DNA from: an uncultured Nitrososphaerales archaeon
Lineage (GTDB): Archaea > Thermoproteota > Nitrososphaeria > Nitrososphaerales > Nitrososphaeraceae
NCBI GenBank assembly: GCA_963695855.1
Contig: CAVOHZ010000006.1
Coordinates: forward strand, 128,001 to 192,000
Direction of reading: 5' to 3'
Length of the DNA stretch: 64,000 nucleotides
Part shown: piece by piece, positions 21,491 to 32,828 of the stretch
How the letters are laid out: every line of letters starts with the position of its first letter
How positions within the stretch are numbered: position 1 is the stretch's first letter
Notes under the pieces: generated by a model
The model's database searches: none
The model's input: only the letters and a program-made list of their open reading frames with translations
What the model was told of the DNA's origin: nothing
Translations under genes and position numbers: made by a program

Positions 21491-22269
21491 CCATCCATAA
21501 TATATTTATCTTGATAGAATGAAATTTTCATGATATTTGTTTATTTTGGAATCTGTTTATTTAGAAATCCAATATAAATAAATTTTTTTAATATTAAAAA
21601 TTGTCCTATCTTTTAGATTGAGGATAGTGTCTGCTCCATCCCAAATGGGTTTTCATCTTGTTATGTTAAAATCATTTAGCTATGGCAATATTCCTATTGA
21701 TTTTGGCGGATAATTAAGTACCATTTGAAATAAAATATATCCCATGAACACTAATGAAAATCCCGGAAAGATGTAAGATCTTAACCTTCGCAAAATAAGT
21801 AATGTATGTTCAATTGGAATTAGTATCTCTGACATGAAATAGGATAAATGATAAAGAATATTTGGTTTTCCGTACTATATTAGGTAAAAGTTATCTTCAG
21901 CAATATTATAGATTTTCCTTCTCGTAGATATTTCTTATATAGTTAAACTCAGATTGTTCAAGCACATTTAATAATTACATTTGGGCCACAAACTCTTCTA
22001 GATATATCTTTAGGTAGTACTAATCAAACAAGTCAAATATGAATAATCAAAAAATACATAAATTAATGATTCTATTTGCAATATGTAAATATTCGAAAAT
22101 GTAAAGATCACGTTTTATGTTATTTGGTGAATTTATCCCATGTTGAGTTTAGAAAAATTTAAGAGTGGATTTAAAAGAATTTTCTAAAATTGGACAAAGA
22201 ACATAATAGAAACTTGGAAGATCTCTGTTATTTTTTCAAGTTAATGCATCAATAAATTCTATATTTTTT

Positions 22270-24435
22270 TTAATGACTGGACCCTACTGGCTCATCTTCT
22301 ATTTTCCATATATAATCACCTTTCTGCTCATCTTTAGAAACGGTCCAGAAATCATAATTTCCACCTGTACGATCTCCTGCTTCATTAAGTTTTATTTTTC
22401 CAGAAATACCATCAAAAGATTCTGCGGTCTCTATCACAATATCTTTAAAAGTTTTCCTAATGTTTTTCGTATCAACATAGTTACTAGAACTATTCTTATC
22501 CAAACTTAAGGAGGAAATCCAGAAACAATCATAAGCTATCGCAGGATATGTTATTGATTCTGTATTATGTAACTCATTAGCGAGTTCTTCAATTAAAGCA
22601 TGAATTTTGGGATTTTTGATATCTATGGAATATAATGGATTAGAAAAATTGGTTTTAATTGCAAATAACGCAGAGTCTATATTCTTTGTAATGTGATGAT
22701 TTTGGGCTATACTATCACTTCCATACCATCTGACATTTCCAAGTGGATGATATATAGGAGATTGAATTAGTATTGGAGTTATTTCATCAAAAGAGACTAT
22801 ATACACCCCTACTGATTTACTATCGTATTTTTTTATCGCTTCAGCTACAATATTGTTTAATTTTTCAAGATCTTCATTCCACATAATAAAATTAATTCTA
22901 TGTAAGCTCGTAGCAAATTTTCCAGTATGTGGCTTGTAGTTTATTCCATCTTCCATTTTGCCTCCCAGTTTTTCAAAATGAAATTTGGTAGATTTGTAAA
23001 GTTCATTTCCATAGATATCCCCTCTCCATATTGGAACGACAACTTTTATACCATCTTTAATCATTCTTTCTGCAATCACTCTCCCTTGGTTAATGTCATC
23101 TGGTATCAGTCTTAGCAGATTGTCTCCTTTTATAGAAAGTAAGGGAGAAGTACTCGAATAGCTTAGCAATATAATATCATTGGTATCTGCATATTCTTTT
23201 ACCGCAGAAACGGCAGTACTGGTTGCAGGACCGATAATGATCTTTGCGCCAAGTGAATGAAGTTCTTTTATCGCTTCGAGAGAGTTATTTGGATCTGTTT
23301 TTGAATTAGCCATAACTAGATTGAATCTCGACGAATAATTCATTTTTTCAAAATACTTGTTTACATCATATTCGGCTTTTTCTAGGGCCACTTTTATTGG
23401 TTTCCCTATTGAAGAGAATGAACCAGTAAATGGTATAATAGCTCCAACTACAAATTCTTTATTAGTTTCTCCAATGGCAGAAAGAAATGAACTTTCAGCA
23501 TAATGATTTTTGTCAAGTACTAACGAATTTTTTTCACTACCATTGAATCCATTGCTAATGTAAAATCCAGAAAACAAAAGCAGCGAAAGAATAGTAATCG
23601 ATGTCATAATCATCTTCTTAGATATCCTCCTTTGCATTCCACCAACAAATTTGAAGATAAGATCTTCTGAATTCCATTTAATAGAATACCGTAAATACCA
23701 TATAAGACCACCAGCAATTAGTAAATAATGTGCCGAGAGCAACAAAGTAGAAATCCAGAGTTGCTCAACATATGTTGTTAGAACTATTATCGCAAACCAG
23801 CTATCGCCTATTACAATTGCTAAAAATCCCACCAATTCGCATACCCACGGGACAAGATGATGTTTATCGTTCTTAATACCAAGCAGAATTGTTACTGCAA
23901 GAACTGTCAATATCGAATTTAAAGTTGGATAAGCTAGTGTAACAATAAATAACATCAGACCTCGAAAGTTGGATGTTTCAGCAAGATCCAACGTCAAAGT
24001 TAGAATATAAATTAAGAATAATCCAGTTATAGATATTATTAGAAACATAATTTTTCTATCTATAACGTGACCGAGGTTCTTTTTTATTATCATTAATCTG
24101 TAAATTAAAAAAACATATGCAGACATCAAGAAAAAATCTGCAATGGAGGGTACAGGTGCTACAATATCCAAAACTACTTCATAATAAGCCCATATAATAT
24201 TGGCAATAAACCAGAAAACGAGTCCTATTGTTAAAAGAATATTTTCTTTATCGCCTGCAAGATTTTCTCTATTTTTAAGAAGAATATACGAAGAAAGCCC
24301 TGCAGCAATAAGAGAATTTATTATTAGGATCCAATTAGAATAGATTATTTTACTGTCTGATTCTGCAAAAATTATAATAGAATTTCCTATAGCTATCGTA
24401 AAAATGATACACAGGAAAAAATACAGCGGCTTCAA
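22270..24435 (-). CDS. Multipass membrane domain fused to a type I (LivK/Venus-flytrap) solute-binding domain
   Basis: About 8 TM helices with a PVPSIAD motif plus one more TM; then VGAIIPFTGSFSSIG...IIGPATS...SYSST...LLRLIPDD...GISGKIKLNEAGDR. Confidence 0.8.
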   Translation of the reverse strand: MKPLYFFLCIIFTIAIGNSIIIFAESDSKIIYSNWILIINSLIAAGLSSYILLKNRENLAGDKENILLTIGLVFWFIANIIWAYYEVVLDIVAPVPSIADFFLMSAYVFLIYRLMIIKKNLGHVIDRKIMFLIISITGLFLIYILTLTLDLAETSNFRGLMLFIVTLAYPTLNSILTVLAVTILLGIKNDKHHLVPWVCELVGFLAIVIGDSWFAIIVLTTYVEQLWISTLLLSAHYLLIAGGLIWYLRYSIKWNSEDLIFKFVGGMQRRISKKMIMTSITILSLLLFSGFYISNGFNGSEKNSLVLDKNHYAESSFLSAIGETNKEFVVGAIIPFTGSFSSIGKPIKVALEKAEYDVNKYFEKMNYSSRFNLVMANSKTDPNNSLEAIKELHSLGAKIIIGPATSTAVSAVKEYADTNDIILLSYSSTSPLLSIKGDNLLRLIPDDINQGRVIAERMIKDGIKVVVPIWRGDIYGNELYKSTKFHFEKLGGKMEDGINYKPHTGKFATSLHRINFIMWNEDLEKLNNIVAEAIKKYDSKSVGVYIVSFDEITPILIQSPIYHPLGNVRWYGSDSIAQNHHITKNIDSALFAIKTNFSNPLYSIDIKNPKIHALIEELANELHNTESITYPAIAYDCFWISSLSLDKNSSSNYVDTKNIRKTFKDIVIETAESFDGISGKIKLNEAGDRTGGNYDFWTVSKDEQKGDYIWKIEDEPVGSSH

Positions 24436-24566
24436 TTTTCTCGTTTTCCTTATGAGTGATAAGATCGATTATAAAATCGTTCTTTACTAAAAAAAATGGA
24501 ATAGTCTACTTGTAAAATACCTCGTAAAGCACAGTGGGCCCCTAAAAAGTCTGAATGCACATTGTG

Positions 24567-27500
24567 CTATTTTTCGGTTTTCCTAGGTTTGTTGGTGATA
24601 TCCCTATATCTATCCATTTCAAGTAAGCTGTCTCCAAGTCTTTTTTCATTTTTAATAAACAGCAGTGTAGTTAAAATTAATCCAATTACTATCAACGGAC
24701 CGAATATATCACCAAATCTCACTTTAGAAAAATCCTTACCAAATATGTTGGTTAACCTTTTATCTTTATTCTTATCAGATTTTATTGATAAGGTGTTTTC
24801 GTCAGTATTTGATTGTTCATTTGATGGATTAAAAGTTGTTGTGATCTTCCCCAAGGCATTACCCCTCTGTTCTGCAAACCATATTTCACCATCAGAATCG
24901 GAAATGACGTATTGAACAAAGGATCCTTTTTTGGGTATATTGATATTCATGGTCTCTCCTGTTTCTGGTTCCAATACTGCTAAGGTGTCTGAAACATGCT
25001 GGGCTATCCATAAATTGTCATATTTATCAGATGCGATTCCAAAAGCCAGTCCGTTTACATCAGTTAGTTTATATTTTGTAAATGTTTCTAGAAATGAATT
25101 AAAATGCAATATCATGTTATTTTTATGGTCACTAATAAATAAATTTGAGGTCAAAGGATCTAAGAACAAGAAAGTAGGTTCTGACATAACTTTACCATCA
25201 GAGAATATATCATTTGGATATTCTGTGATATTGTTGGTTCGAATATCTATTTTCCCCAGTTTACCTGCAGATTCAACAAACCAGATGTTCTCGTTATCTT
25301 GATCAAAGAGCAAGCTGAGAGGTTTAGAATCGTTAGTTGGAATGATCAGTGATTCAAATTTATTATTCTTCAAATCATATTTTAAGATAGAATTATTTTC
25401 AATATTACTTAACCATAGATCCTGATTATCGTCTATTGCTATACCAGATATAATACCTTCTTCAGGAATTTCAATACTAGTATACTGTCTAGTAACTATA
25501 TCATATTTTCCAATCATATTGGAAGTTGGATCGATAAACCATAATATCTTGTTATCATGGGGATCGAAAACAGACAAAGTAATAAGATTGGTTCCATTTA
25601 TCCTATGTTTGGTAAAGGTTTTAGTGTCTAAATGAAATTCCCACAATTGTCCACTTCCAGGTTTAGTATCGCCTACCCAAATTGAATTACTTTGAGGATG
25701 ATAAACTGGATATAATGGGAGAGTATCAACTGGAAATTTATATTCTGTTACGTTGAATTTAAGGTCATTCAATTTGGGTTTTATATTTATATTAAAGGAA
25801 GATACAGTGTTTGGAATACCTGTTTTCGACGTTTTTCCCTGAAACTCCACATTCCATAATCCCAACGTACTGAATGGAATATTTCCAGAGAATACACCAT
25901 TAGAATGTTCATTCATTTCGACCTGGATAGGTCCAATACCTTTTTCGAGCTGGAGTAGTCTCACTGTGGCCGCCTCTATGTTTGTATCTATCTTTCCATC
26001 TGAAGTTGCAAAGGATGCCGATATCTTGTTTTCACCAAGTCTGGCGGGATCTAAAGTTACAGAGATCTTTTGATCATTTGAATAAAGAGTGGTTGAAAAT
26101 ATGTTACTATCCTGTATAGGAGATCTTGTATTATAAATATTTTCATCATAATTTGATAATTGAAGTGAAGAGAATTCTCCAGAAGGTAGTACCATGTTAG
26201 CCATCAAAGAAACGGTAAATAAAAGAAGTATACCGATACAAGATTCTATTTTTAGACTTGATGCAAATTTATTTAGAATTAGAGAGTTTACAGGTATCGG
26301 ATCCACACCTCCAACTGTTTTCACTAAAACAGTATTGACCTTTTTGTGAGTGACAAATTGATGATAAGATCCCAAAGCTATCATTATTGAAGCTAGAATT
26401 AATTTGCAAATCAAGATTTTTCCATAAAGAGAAGAAAGAATAATTGGAAAATTATTTTCAAGAGAATATAACAATGACGGTCCAGTGATTATTGTGAGCG
26501 CAATGGTCGGTAGAATAATTCTTGAAAATCTAGGAATAATAATCGATATCAATTTTACCTTTAGTTCTTCGACTTTAATGGATGAGGATGAAAGTGTAGG
26601 TACTAATATAAATCCTAGAAAAATCAGGCCTCCTATCCATATGGAAGCTAAAATTATATGAAAATAATCTACCAATATGGGGACAAAATTGTCTAGAGCT
26701 GCAGCATGGGAAATCAGACTGTGAGTAAAAAGGAGGATGAATCCAAAAATCATAATATATGCGATATTTCTTGTATTTAAATCAGATTGCTTTGTGTTTT
26801 TTCTGTATAAAAATACGATGAAAGCTAGTAGGATTGTAGATAAAATGAGTCTGACAAGAACCATTGTTCCAAATTCAGTAGATATTACATCGCCAATTGT
26901 TCCACCTATTGATATCGCTTGAAAAAGCATCAGCAAAATAATTGAAAAAATAACAAGCGAAGCTGAAATTATAGATAATATCAGCAATTTTCTTTTGACA
27001 GTAAAAATATCTAACTTAAGAATCTCAAGTAACCATTTGAAATTTCTAATAGGTTTTGTTATCCATAAGAAAATAAGAGGTGCTCCAATCAGAACTACGT
27101 GACCAACATAACCAAAAATATTTGCCAAAGAATTTTCAATTGACAATAGATCGAGTAGACTTTTTGAAGTAATATTTCCTTGATCAAATGTGACACCTCC
27201 CTTTCCAATATTGAATACAACTGAATTATCTACTACATGTCCATCTACCGCAGAGAGAACTTTAGTTATGACAGTATAGGTTCCGGAAGTCAGATTTTCA
27301 TTCAACGGGATACTCAGTGATGCTAAATCACCATTTACGTTAGATGGCGTTCCCCTATCCACTCGATCTCCCCCAGAGTCTAAAACAGAGATCTGACTGA
27401 ACTTCAACACTATTGGTTCACTAAAAAAAACGGAGGCCTTGTTTGGTGCTGAATCAAGTGATTGGAATTGTTTTGGGTTAGAATCTATAATAACTGGATG

Positions 27501-27635
27501 TGCTGAGGCCTCACAGGTAAGCCCTGCCAATACCAGGATTGAAAAGGTAAAAACTATGATACGTAAACATTGTAAATTTTTAATCAAATACAGGAAATAG
27601 AGACAACTAAATGTTATAATAATTTTGTTGAACAA
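24567..27635 (-). CDS. CopC-CopD fusion with YtkA/FixH-like and Vgb-like beta-propeller domains and a C-terminal TM anchor
   Basis: ASA|HPV mature N-terminal His and SAVDGHVV (CopC); SHAA...FHIILASIWIGG (CopD); repeated WF.E...GK propeller blades. Confidence 0.85.
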   Translation of the reverse strand: MFNKIIITFSCLYFLYLIKNLQCLRIIVFTFSILVLAGLTCEASAHPVIIDSNPKQFQSLDSAPNKASVFFSEPIVLKFSQISVLDSGGDRVDRGTPSNVNGDLASLSIPLNENLTSGTYTVITKVLSAVDGHVVDNSVVFNIGKGGVTFDQGNITSKSLLDLLSIENSLANIFGYVGHVVLIGAPLIFLWITKPIRNFKWLLEILKLDIFTVKRKLLILSIISASLVIFSIILLMLFQAISIGGTIGDVISTEFGTMVLVRLILSTILLAFIVFLYRKNTKQSDLNTRNIAYIMIFGFILLFTHSLISHAAALDNFVPILVDYFHIILASIWIGGLIFLGFILVPTLSSSSIKVEELKVKLISIIIPRFSRIILPTIALTIITGPSLLYSLENNFPIILSSLYGKILICKLILASIMIALGSYHQFVTHKKVNTVLVKTVGGVDPIPVNSLILNKFASSLKIESCIGILLLFTVSLMANMVLPSGEFSSLQLSNYDENIYNTRSPIQDSNIFSTTLYSNDQKISVTLDPARLGENKISASFATSDGKIDTNIEAATVRLLQLEKGIGPIQVEMNEHSNGVFSGNIPFSTLGLWNVEFQGKTSKTGIPNTVSSFNINIKPKLNDLKFNVTEYKFPVDTLPLYPVYHPQSNSIWVGDTKPGSGQLWEFHLDTKTFTKHRINGTNLITLSVFDPHDNKILWFIDPTSNMIGKYDIVTRQYTSIEIPEEGIISGIAIDDNQDLWLSNIENNSILKYDLKNNKFESLIIPTNDSKPLSLLFDQDNENIWFVESAGKLGKIDIRTNNITEYPNDIFSDGKVMSEPTFLFLDPLTSNLFISDHKNNMILHFNSFLETFTKYKLTDVNGLAFGIASDKYDNLWIAQHVSDTLAVLEPETGETMNINIPKKGSFVQYVISDSDGEIWFAEQRGNALGKITTTFNPSNEQSNTDENTLSIKSDKNKDKRLTNIFGKDFSKVRFGDIFGPLIVIGLILTTLLFIKNEKRLGDSLLEMDRYRDITNKPRKTEK

Positions 27636-27699
27636 AGAAATTATAGTATCATATCATCTTATATCTTGTAAATAATGAGTAGTGTTAAAACAAAAAAAG

Positions 27700-28467
27700 T
27701 TATTGAAGGTTAAATTTAGACGTAATCTGATCTATCGGTTGAAAAACTAAACTAGTAATAATTATTTCTGCATAAGGGGACTTGTAAAAATTATCGAATT
27801 TGTAAGATGATTGTTCAACTCCCCATCCAGAATGTCGTGGAAATCCTTGGAAAATAGTTTTACCGTTTTGGTCCTTGATGGCAAAGATATAATCTACATG
27901 TTCATAGTTGTTCTTACTCTTAGAATCAGTGAAAATAATTTTGAAATTTACAGTATTATTTTTTATATCCTTTGGTGTCCAAGTTAAATCTACATTCACA
28001 CCATTCAAATCTTTCTTTATAACATTATCCAGATCATCTGTAACTTTAATTATACCTTTCATCCAAGGAAATTTTGGAGAGCTGAAGGTAAATGTTCCTA
28101 GTCCTTCAAATTTATATTCAAAGTCTTCATTTGGTGGGATTTTTCCAGATTTTGCTAATGTTATATTATCTTGAGATATATCTATGTCATGGGAAATATT
28201 GTCTGCGTTATTCCATGCTATGGAGGTACCGGCTTCTACGGGATAATACGTGATATCAAAGAATCTTTCCCTATTTTGATCACTTGATCCAGGAACTATT
28301 GTGATTATTTCTTCAGCAGTGACAGTGTTAATACTGAGAAGAATACCGGTAAGTGATATGAACAAGATAACAATTAAAGTTTGGTTTATGTACATAATGA
28401 GAATTCGCGGATTATGTATATTTTTATCTTTCTTTTCCTGATGTTTCTTTGAAACGTACTGGCGCAT
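27700..28467 (-). CDS. Cupredoxin-fold secreted protein with a degenerate type-1 copper site
   Basis: GTSIAWNNADNISH...YKFEGLGTFTFSSPKFPWMKGIIKV, where C-x2-HPWM is replaced by S-x2-FPWM. Confidence 0.75.
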   Translation of the reverse strand: MRQYVSKKHQEKKDKNIHNPRILIMYINQTLIVILFISLTGILLSINTVTAEEIITIVPGSSDQNRERFFDITYYPVEAGTSIAWNNADNISHDIDISQDNITLAKSGKIPPNEDFEYKFEGLGTFTFSSPKFPWMKGIIKVTDDLDNVIKKDLNGVNVDLTWTPKDIKNNTVNFKIIFTDSKSKNNYEHVDYIFAIKDQNGKTIFQGFPRHSGWGVEQSSYKFDNFYKSPYAEIIITSLVFQPIDQITSKFNLQ

Positions 28468-28515
28468 TAAAATATTATTATGCTTTATATTGAAATAATA
28501 ATTAACGCTATTTTC

Positions 28516-28971
28516 ATGTATAAAACAATTTTTTTAATTTTACTATTTTTACTTGTGTTTAACGTGAACAATTTCCATATGGTTGATTCCGATATACCTG
28601 AAAATGCTCCAAATGTAGTTGTAAAGAAATTGGACAATTATAAAGTACTTTTCTTAACCTGTCCAAAAGAAGCTACCAAAGGTGACAATACTTAATTACT
28701 AAATTTGAATATTGTAGATGAAGGTGGCTATCTTAAAAATATTTATTCTTCTGTTATTATTTTAAACAAGAAAAATGGTTTGATAATATCTCGAAAACCT
28801 TTTAAATTTTATGTGATAAGCGATCTCAGCATTCAATATATGTTCCTTAAAGAAGGAGATTATGTGGTATATTTACTAACAAAAATAAATGGTGATCCAA
28901 ACTATGAGTCAAGTCCAATAATAGCAACCTGTGATCTAAAAGTCAAAGATAAAAAAAGAGTCAAGGCATAG
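28516..28971 (+). pseudogene. Secreted hypothetical protein split by an in-frame TAA
   Basis: ORFs 28480-28695 and 28705-28971 share a frame and are separated only by TAA at 28693-28695. Confidence 0.6.
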
Positions 28972-29535
28972 TATACTGAATAGAATTTTGGGATATTTCA
29001 AATGACGACATCTAGAGTTATTGAAAGCAAATTAATAAACAAAAAAGACATTGGATTTAACAGTTAAAAATTTACAAATCTCGGTAATCTTTAGTGTTAT
29101 ATACTGTATAACATAATTGCCCTAATCTATTGTTCATTATACTTACGATATCCAGATCGAATCTTGTTGTTCTGTAATAATAGGAAATTCTATCTTTTAG
29201 ACAACTAAACTTAAGATAATAAGTACAAAGCAAATAGTTGCTGCACTTGACAAATTGTAAAATATTGCTATGCAAGAGAATAGTCTAGATGCAATATCCG
29301 TTATTGCAGATCGCAATAGCCATCCAACGAACGAAGAACAAGTAACATATTCTGCCACAATCGTTGTATAGGAGAATTACCTGAGTTAAAGAAATAAAGA
29401 ACAACAGACACAATAATAATCCTCTTTATTTCTAACTATTTTTATAAAACCAAAGAGAATAGAACAACATCATACGGTACCGCCTTAATCCTGTGCTCAT
29501 GATTTACCTACAGATTTTTTTCATTTATCGTTTAT

Positions 29536-30132
29536 TTATTTATTTTTCATCCAATCTCTTTCTTCCAAGTATTCAATAAGTACTATCATTTCTTGCAATC
29601 TTGCGTTGCCCCCAGCTTGATTTTTGCATATCTCATAATGCTTCAATAACATTTCATTTTCCTTATCTGATATTACGTTTCTTTCATTTACTTGGTCAAA
29701 GAATTTATCCTCTTTTCCTGTATGATCATCGATAAATATTGCGTATGTTCTTAAGAATCTGGCTACGGGCTCCACGGCTGTCGTATCGTATTTATTTGTT
29801 GCCTGTGAGGCTTCTTTGATCTTGCTTTTCCATTCATTTAATTCTCTTCTCAACATAATTGCTACCCTTCTTGCAAATTCATGTTCAATCAAGAATTTTC
29901 GGACCTCTTCTGCAAATCCATTCTTGTCTTTTGTATCTGGAAAATATGCTTTCTCTTCCTTTCCATGATGGAAATGATCTACAAATTCTTCTATTATTAC
30001 AGAAATAATTTCTATATCTTCTATCGGTACATATTGGTTCGCATATAGTTTGTTTGAACACGTTTGAGCAATCTCTTTGACTCTTCTTATTGTAATATGA
30101 TCATTCTTGAGGTTCTGTGTTGCACTCATCAA
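29536..30132 (-). CDS. Hemerythrin-domain protein
   Basis: DH...HHGKEEKAYFP...EH...HTGKED di-iron ligand pattern. Confidence 0.88.
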   Translation of the reverse strand: MMSATQNLKNDHITIRRVKEIAQTCSNKLYANQYVPIEDIEIISVIIEEFVDHFHHGKEEKAYFPDTKDKNGFAEEVRKFLIEHEFARRVAIMLRRELNEWKSKIKEASQATNKYDTTAVEPVARFLRTYAIFIDDHTGKEDKFFDQVNERNVISDKENEMLLKHYEICKNQAGGNARLQEMIVLIEYLEERDWMKNK

Positions 30133-30552
30133 TAAATTAGATCAAATACTTCAGTAATAAATTTGAATTACCTCTGATAACAATAAACCAAGAAGATCTG
30201 ATACAGAGAGACATGTAAAAGCAAATATAATGATAAAAATGAAAGAAGCAAGACACAGATCTTAGCTTTTTACAAATTTCCTTCTTGCCAAATAATTCCT
30301 TGTTAACCCTTAACCTTCTCATTTTTTGTTGTTGATTTTACTTTCTAAAAAACTGAATAGTTATTATATATGAGGTGGGAAAATTATACTCGCACTATAT
30401 CATGGTTATTTAATAAGAATTAATTTTATAAAAGTTATATTTTACTACTATTGCGATTACTTTATGCACATCAAAAAGAAATTATATTTGGTCTAGAAGT
30501 ATGATAGAATAATTATGTATAATTATAATGATATTAAAAAGTGTATTTTAAG

Positions 30553-31323
30553 TTATTTTATGGTTAATATGTAGCTAGTCGTATAATTCCAACCTATAGG
30601 TCCAGCGAATTCGTCTTCGTCTGGACTGCCATTTGTTTCATTATTTTTAGTTTTAATGTTTCCCTTAAATTTAATTTCGTAATCGCTAGGATATGGAGGC
30701 TTTAAAAATACCCAAATTCCATCAGAAACTGCTTTGGTAGTTTGTGGTGGCAAATTTAAAATGTTCTTTTCAGGTAAAGTAAAATTAAAAATATCTGATT
30801 GAATGCGATAATTTTCTAGATTTGGTATTTTTACACTATTAAGTGTTGCAAACTCTGGAACTGTTGTATCTTGAATTTTTTTAGCACAGGTACTTAATTC
30901 CTCTTTTGTATTCAAGCTTGGGAACTCAGCCAATGAACACTCAGAATTTAATATAGGAAATAGTATAGCTACACCATAAGGGATTTCACAATATCTAATA
31001 ACTGAGTGTTGATAGGTACCTGGGAAAAACCAGACAGGTGCTTTCTGACCCTCTTTACAGAATTTTCCAGTATCATCATATGCAGGATGAATATTTTGTG
31101 GAATTGAATATGCCCATTGCCACCATTTTGCAGTCCATTGAGGATATGTAAGATTAAAAGGACTTGAATCAGGCTCAAAAACTAAATTAGCTACATCCAA
31201 ATTCGTATTATTTGTTTTAGTAGTTTGATCAGAAGGGCCCTCACTATACGAAACCAAATTATTTGAATCTAGCAGAATTATAACTGTAATAAATAAACTT
31301 AGAAGTAAGATAAATTTTATCAT
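30553..31323 (-). CDS. Secreted conserved hypothetical protein
   Basis: Signal peptide; WTAKWWQWAYSIP...PVWF...SDGIWVFLKP, a pattern I recognise as recurrent in thaumarchaeal secreted proteins. Confidence 0.7.
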   Translation of the reverse strand: MIKFILLLSLFITVIILLDSNNLVSYSEGPSDQTTKTNNTNLDVANLVFEPDSSPFNLTYPQWTAKWWQWAYSIPQNIHPAYDDTGKFCKEGQKAPVWFFPGTYQHSVIRYCEIPYGVAILFPILNSECSLAEFPSLNTKEELSTCAKKIQDTTVPEFATLNSVKIPNLENYRIQSDIFNFTLPEKNILNLPPQTTKAVSDGIWVFLKPPYPSDYEIKFKGNIKTKNNETNGSPDEDEFAGPIGWNYTTSYILTIK

Positions 31324-31727
31324 ATTCCTATTTTTTATTTCAATAAATGTTAAGAATCTTTCTCTGATGTTAATAAGATAATCTTAAAAAATAATATGAT
31401 TTTTCTGTATCATTATCATTTCTAGGATTTGTTTTTGTATATGTTGTGAATAGGATATTAAGGAGATATGCAGGATACTAACTTTCATATCTTGGAGCTT
31501 CAATCGTAAGAGAGCTCAAACTAGCCTTACTCTCTCTATCACTGCATCGAATATTACATGAGGACAACAGATGGCATTAGCACTAGTTAATTCCACGGCC
31601 AGATAGACGTTAGTATGGACGTTAAATAATTATAAAATTTTTTTAGAAGCATAGACTAATACAACCTAGAATTTATTTCAGATATGTTATTTGATTATTA
31701 TTGTTATAAAGTTGAAATTAGTATTAT

Positions 31728-32270
31728 ATGTATATGCATGTTGTTATAAGACCTATAAATAAACTCGATAATGATCTTTTAAATTTTTTAAAAGGCGCCT
31801 TGTCAAAGGAATTTGATTATGCCAATGTTACTGTTAGTAATACACCAAAAATTGATATTGAAGATTTTATTGATGGCAGAAGAAATCAAATAAGATCATC
31901 TGAATTGTTACATTGGGTATTAGAAAAAATGGAACCGACAAGAGAAATGAAGATCCTAATCATTTGTGATACGGATGCCTATACAGGAGATTTGAACTTT
32001 GTATTCGGAGAAGCCTATAGAGGTGGAGGAGCTGCTGCTATATATCTCCCTAGATTAAGACAAGAATTCTATCATCTTAAACCCGATGAACTAGTATTTC
32101 GCGATAGATTTGTAAAAGAAGCAATCCATGAATTAGGTCATTCATTTGGTTTATATCATTGTGCTAATAAAAAATGTGTAATGCATTTTAGTAATTCATT
32201 ACATGATACTGATTTCAAACAAGGCAGTTTTTGTTCAAATTGTAAGAATAATATAGAATATAAAGATTGA
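31728..32270 (+). CDS. amzA: Archaemetzincin (peptidase M54)
   Basis: HELGHSFGLYHC...CVM..S...D.K...FCSNC. Confidence 0.92.
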   Translation: MYMHVVIRPINKLDNDLLNFLKGALSKEFDYANVTVSNTPKIDIEDFIDGRRNQIRSSELLHWVLEKMEPTREMKILIICDTDAYTGDLNFVFGEAYRGGGAAAIYLPRLRQEFYHLKPDELVFRDRFVKEAIHELGHSFGLYHCANKKCVMHFSNSLHDTDFKQGSFCSNCKNNIEYKD

Positions 32271-32828
32271 TATGTTGTTCTGATTGTTATTTTATGATAC
32301 GTTCATCTCTTCCTTGCAACTAAAACATAAGATAATTTTGAATATTGTTGCGTTATACGTAAAACAAAGATTTGCATCCAGTTATATACAAAATAGATTT
32401 CATTCATCCATCTTGCAAACACAGATAGTAACATGAAATTTTAAATTTTATCCTTAAATTTTGCTATAACTCTTCATTAGATTTTTATGAGATGGGTTAA
32501 TCTCTGAATATTACCAAAGGTTTTAATTTACTACGTAGACTAGGACCAAAAAAATACAAATAGAAAGAATACATCACAATAACTATAGGTATTCCAACCC
32601 CTTCAAGTCAAATAACATAAACCAGAAATAGAACATTTACAGCTAAATAGTTTTTTTTACTTAAATTAACAGAGTTGCATTAATTTATTAGATCCTCTTT
32701 TATTTTTAAATTTATAACTTAGAGACAATTAAAATAAAAGATAAGGGATTAAAGTAAAGGAATGAAGGATCAGAAAAAAGTTACTTTAATGGTTTTATAA
32801 TTAAAATGGTTGTAAATATATTACTTTA

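Noticed and set aside
29280-29500. Possible MscS-like membrane gene remnant
   Set aside because: Resemblance limited to one short segment.
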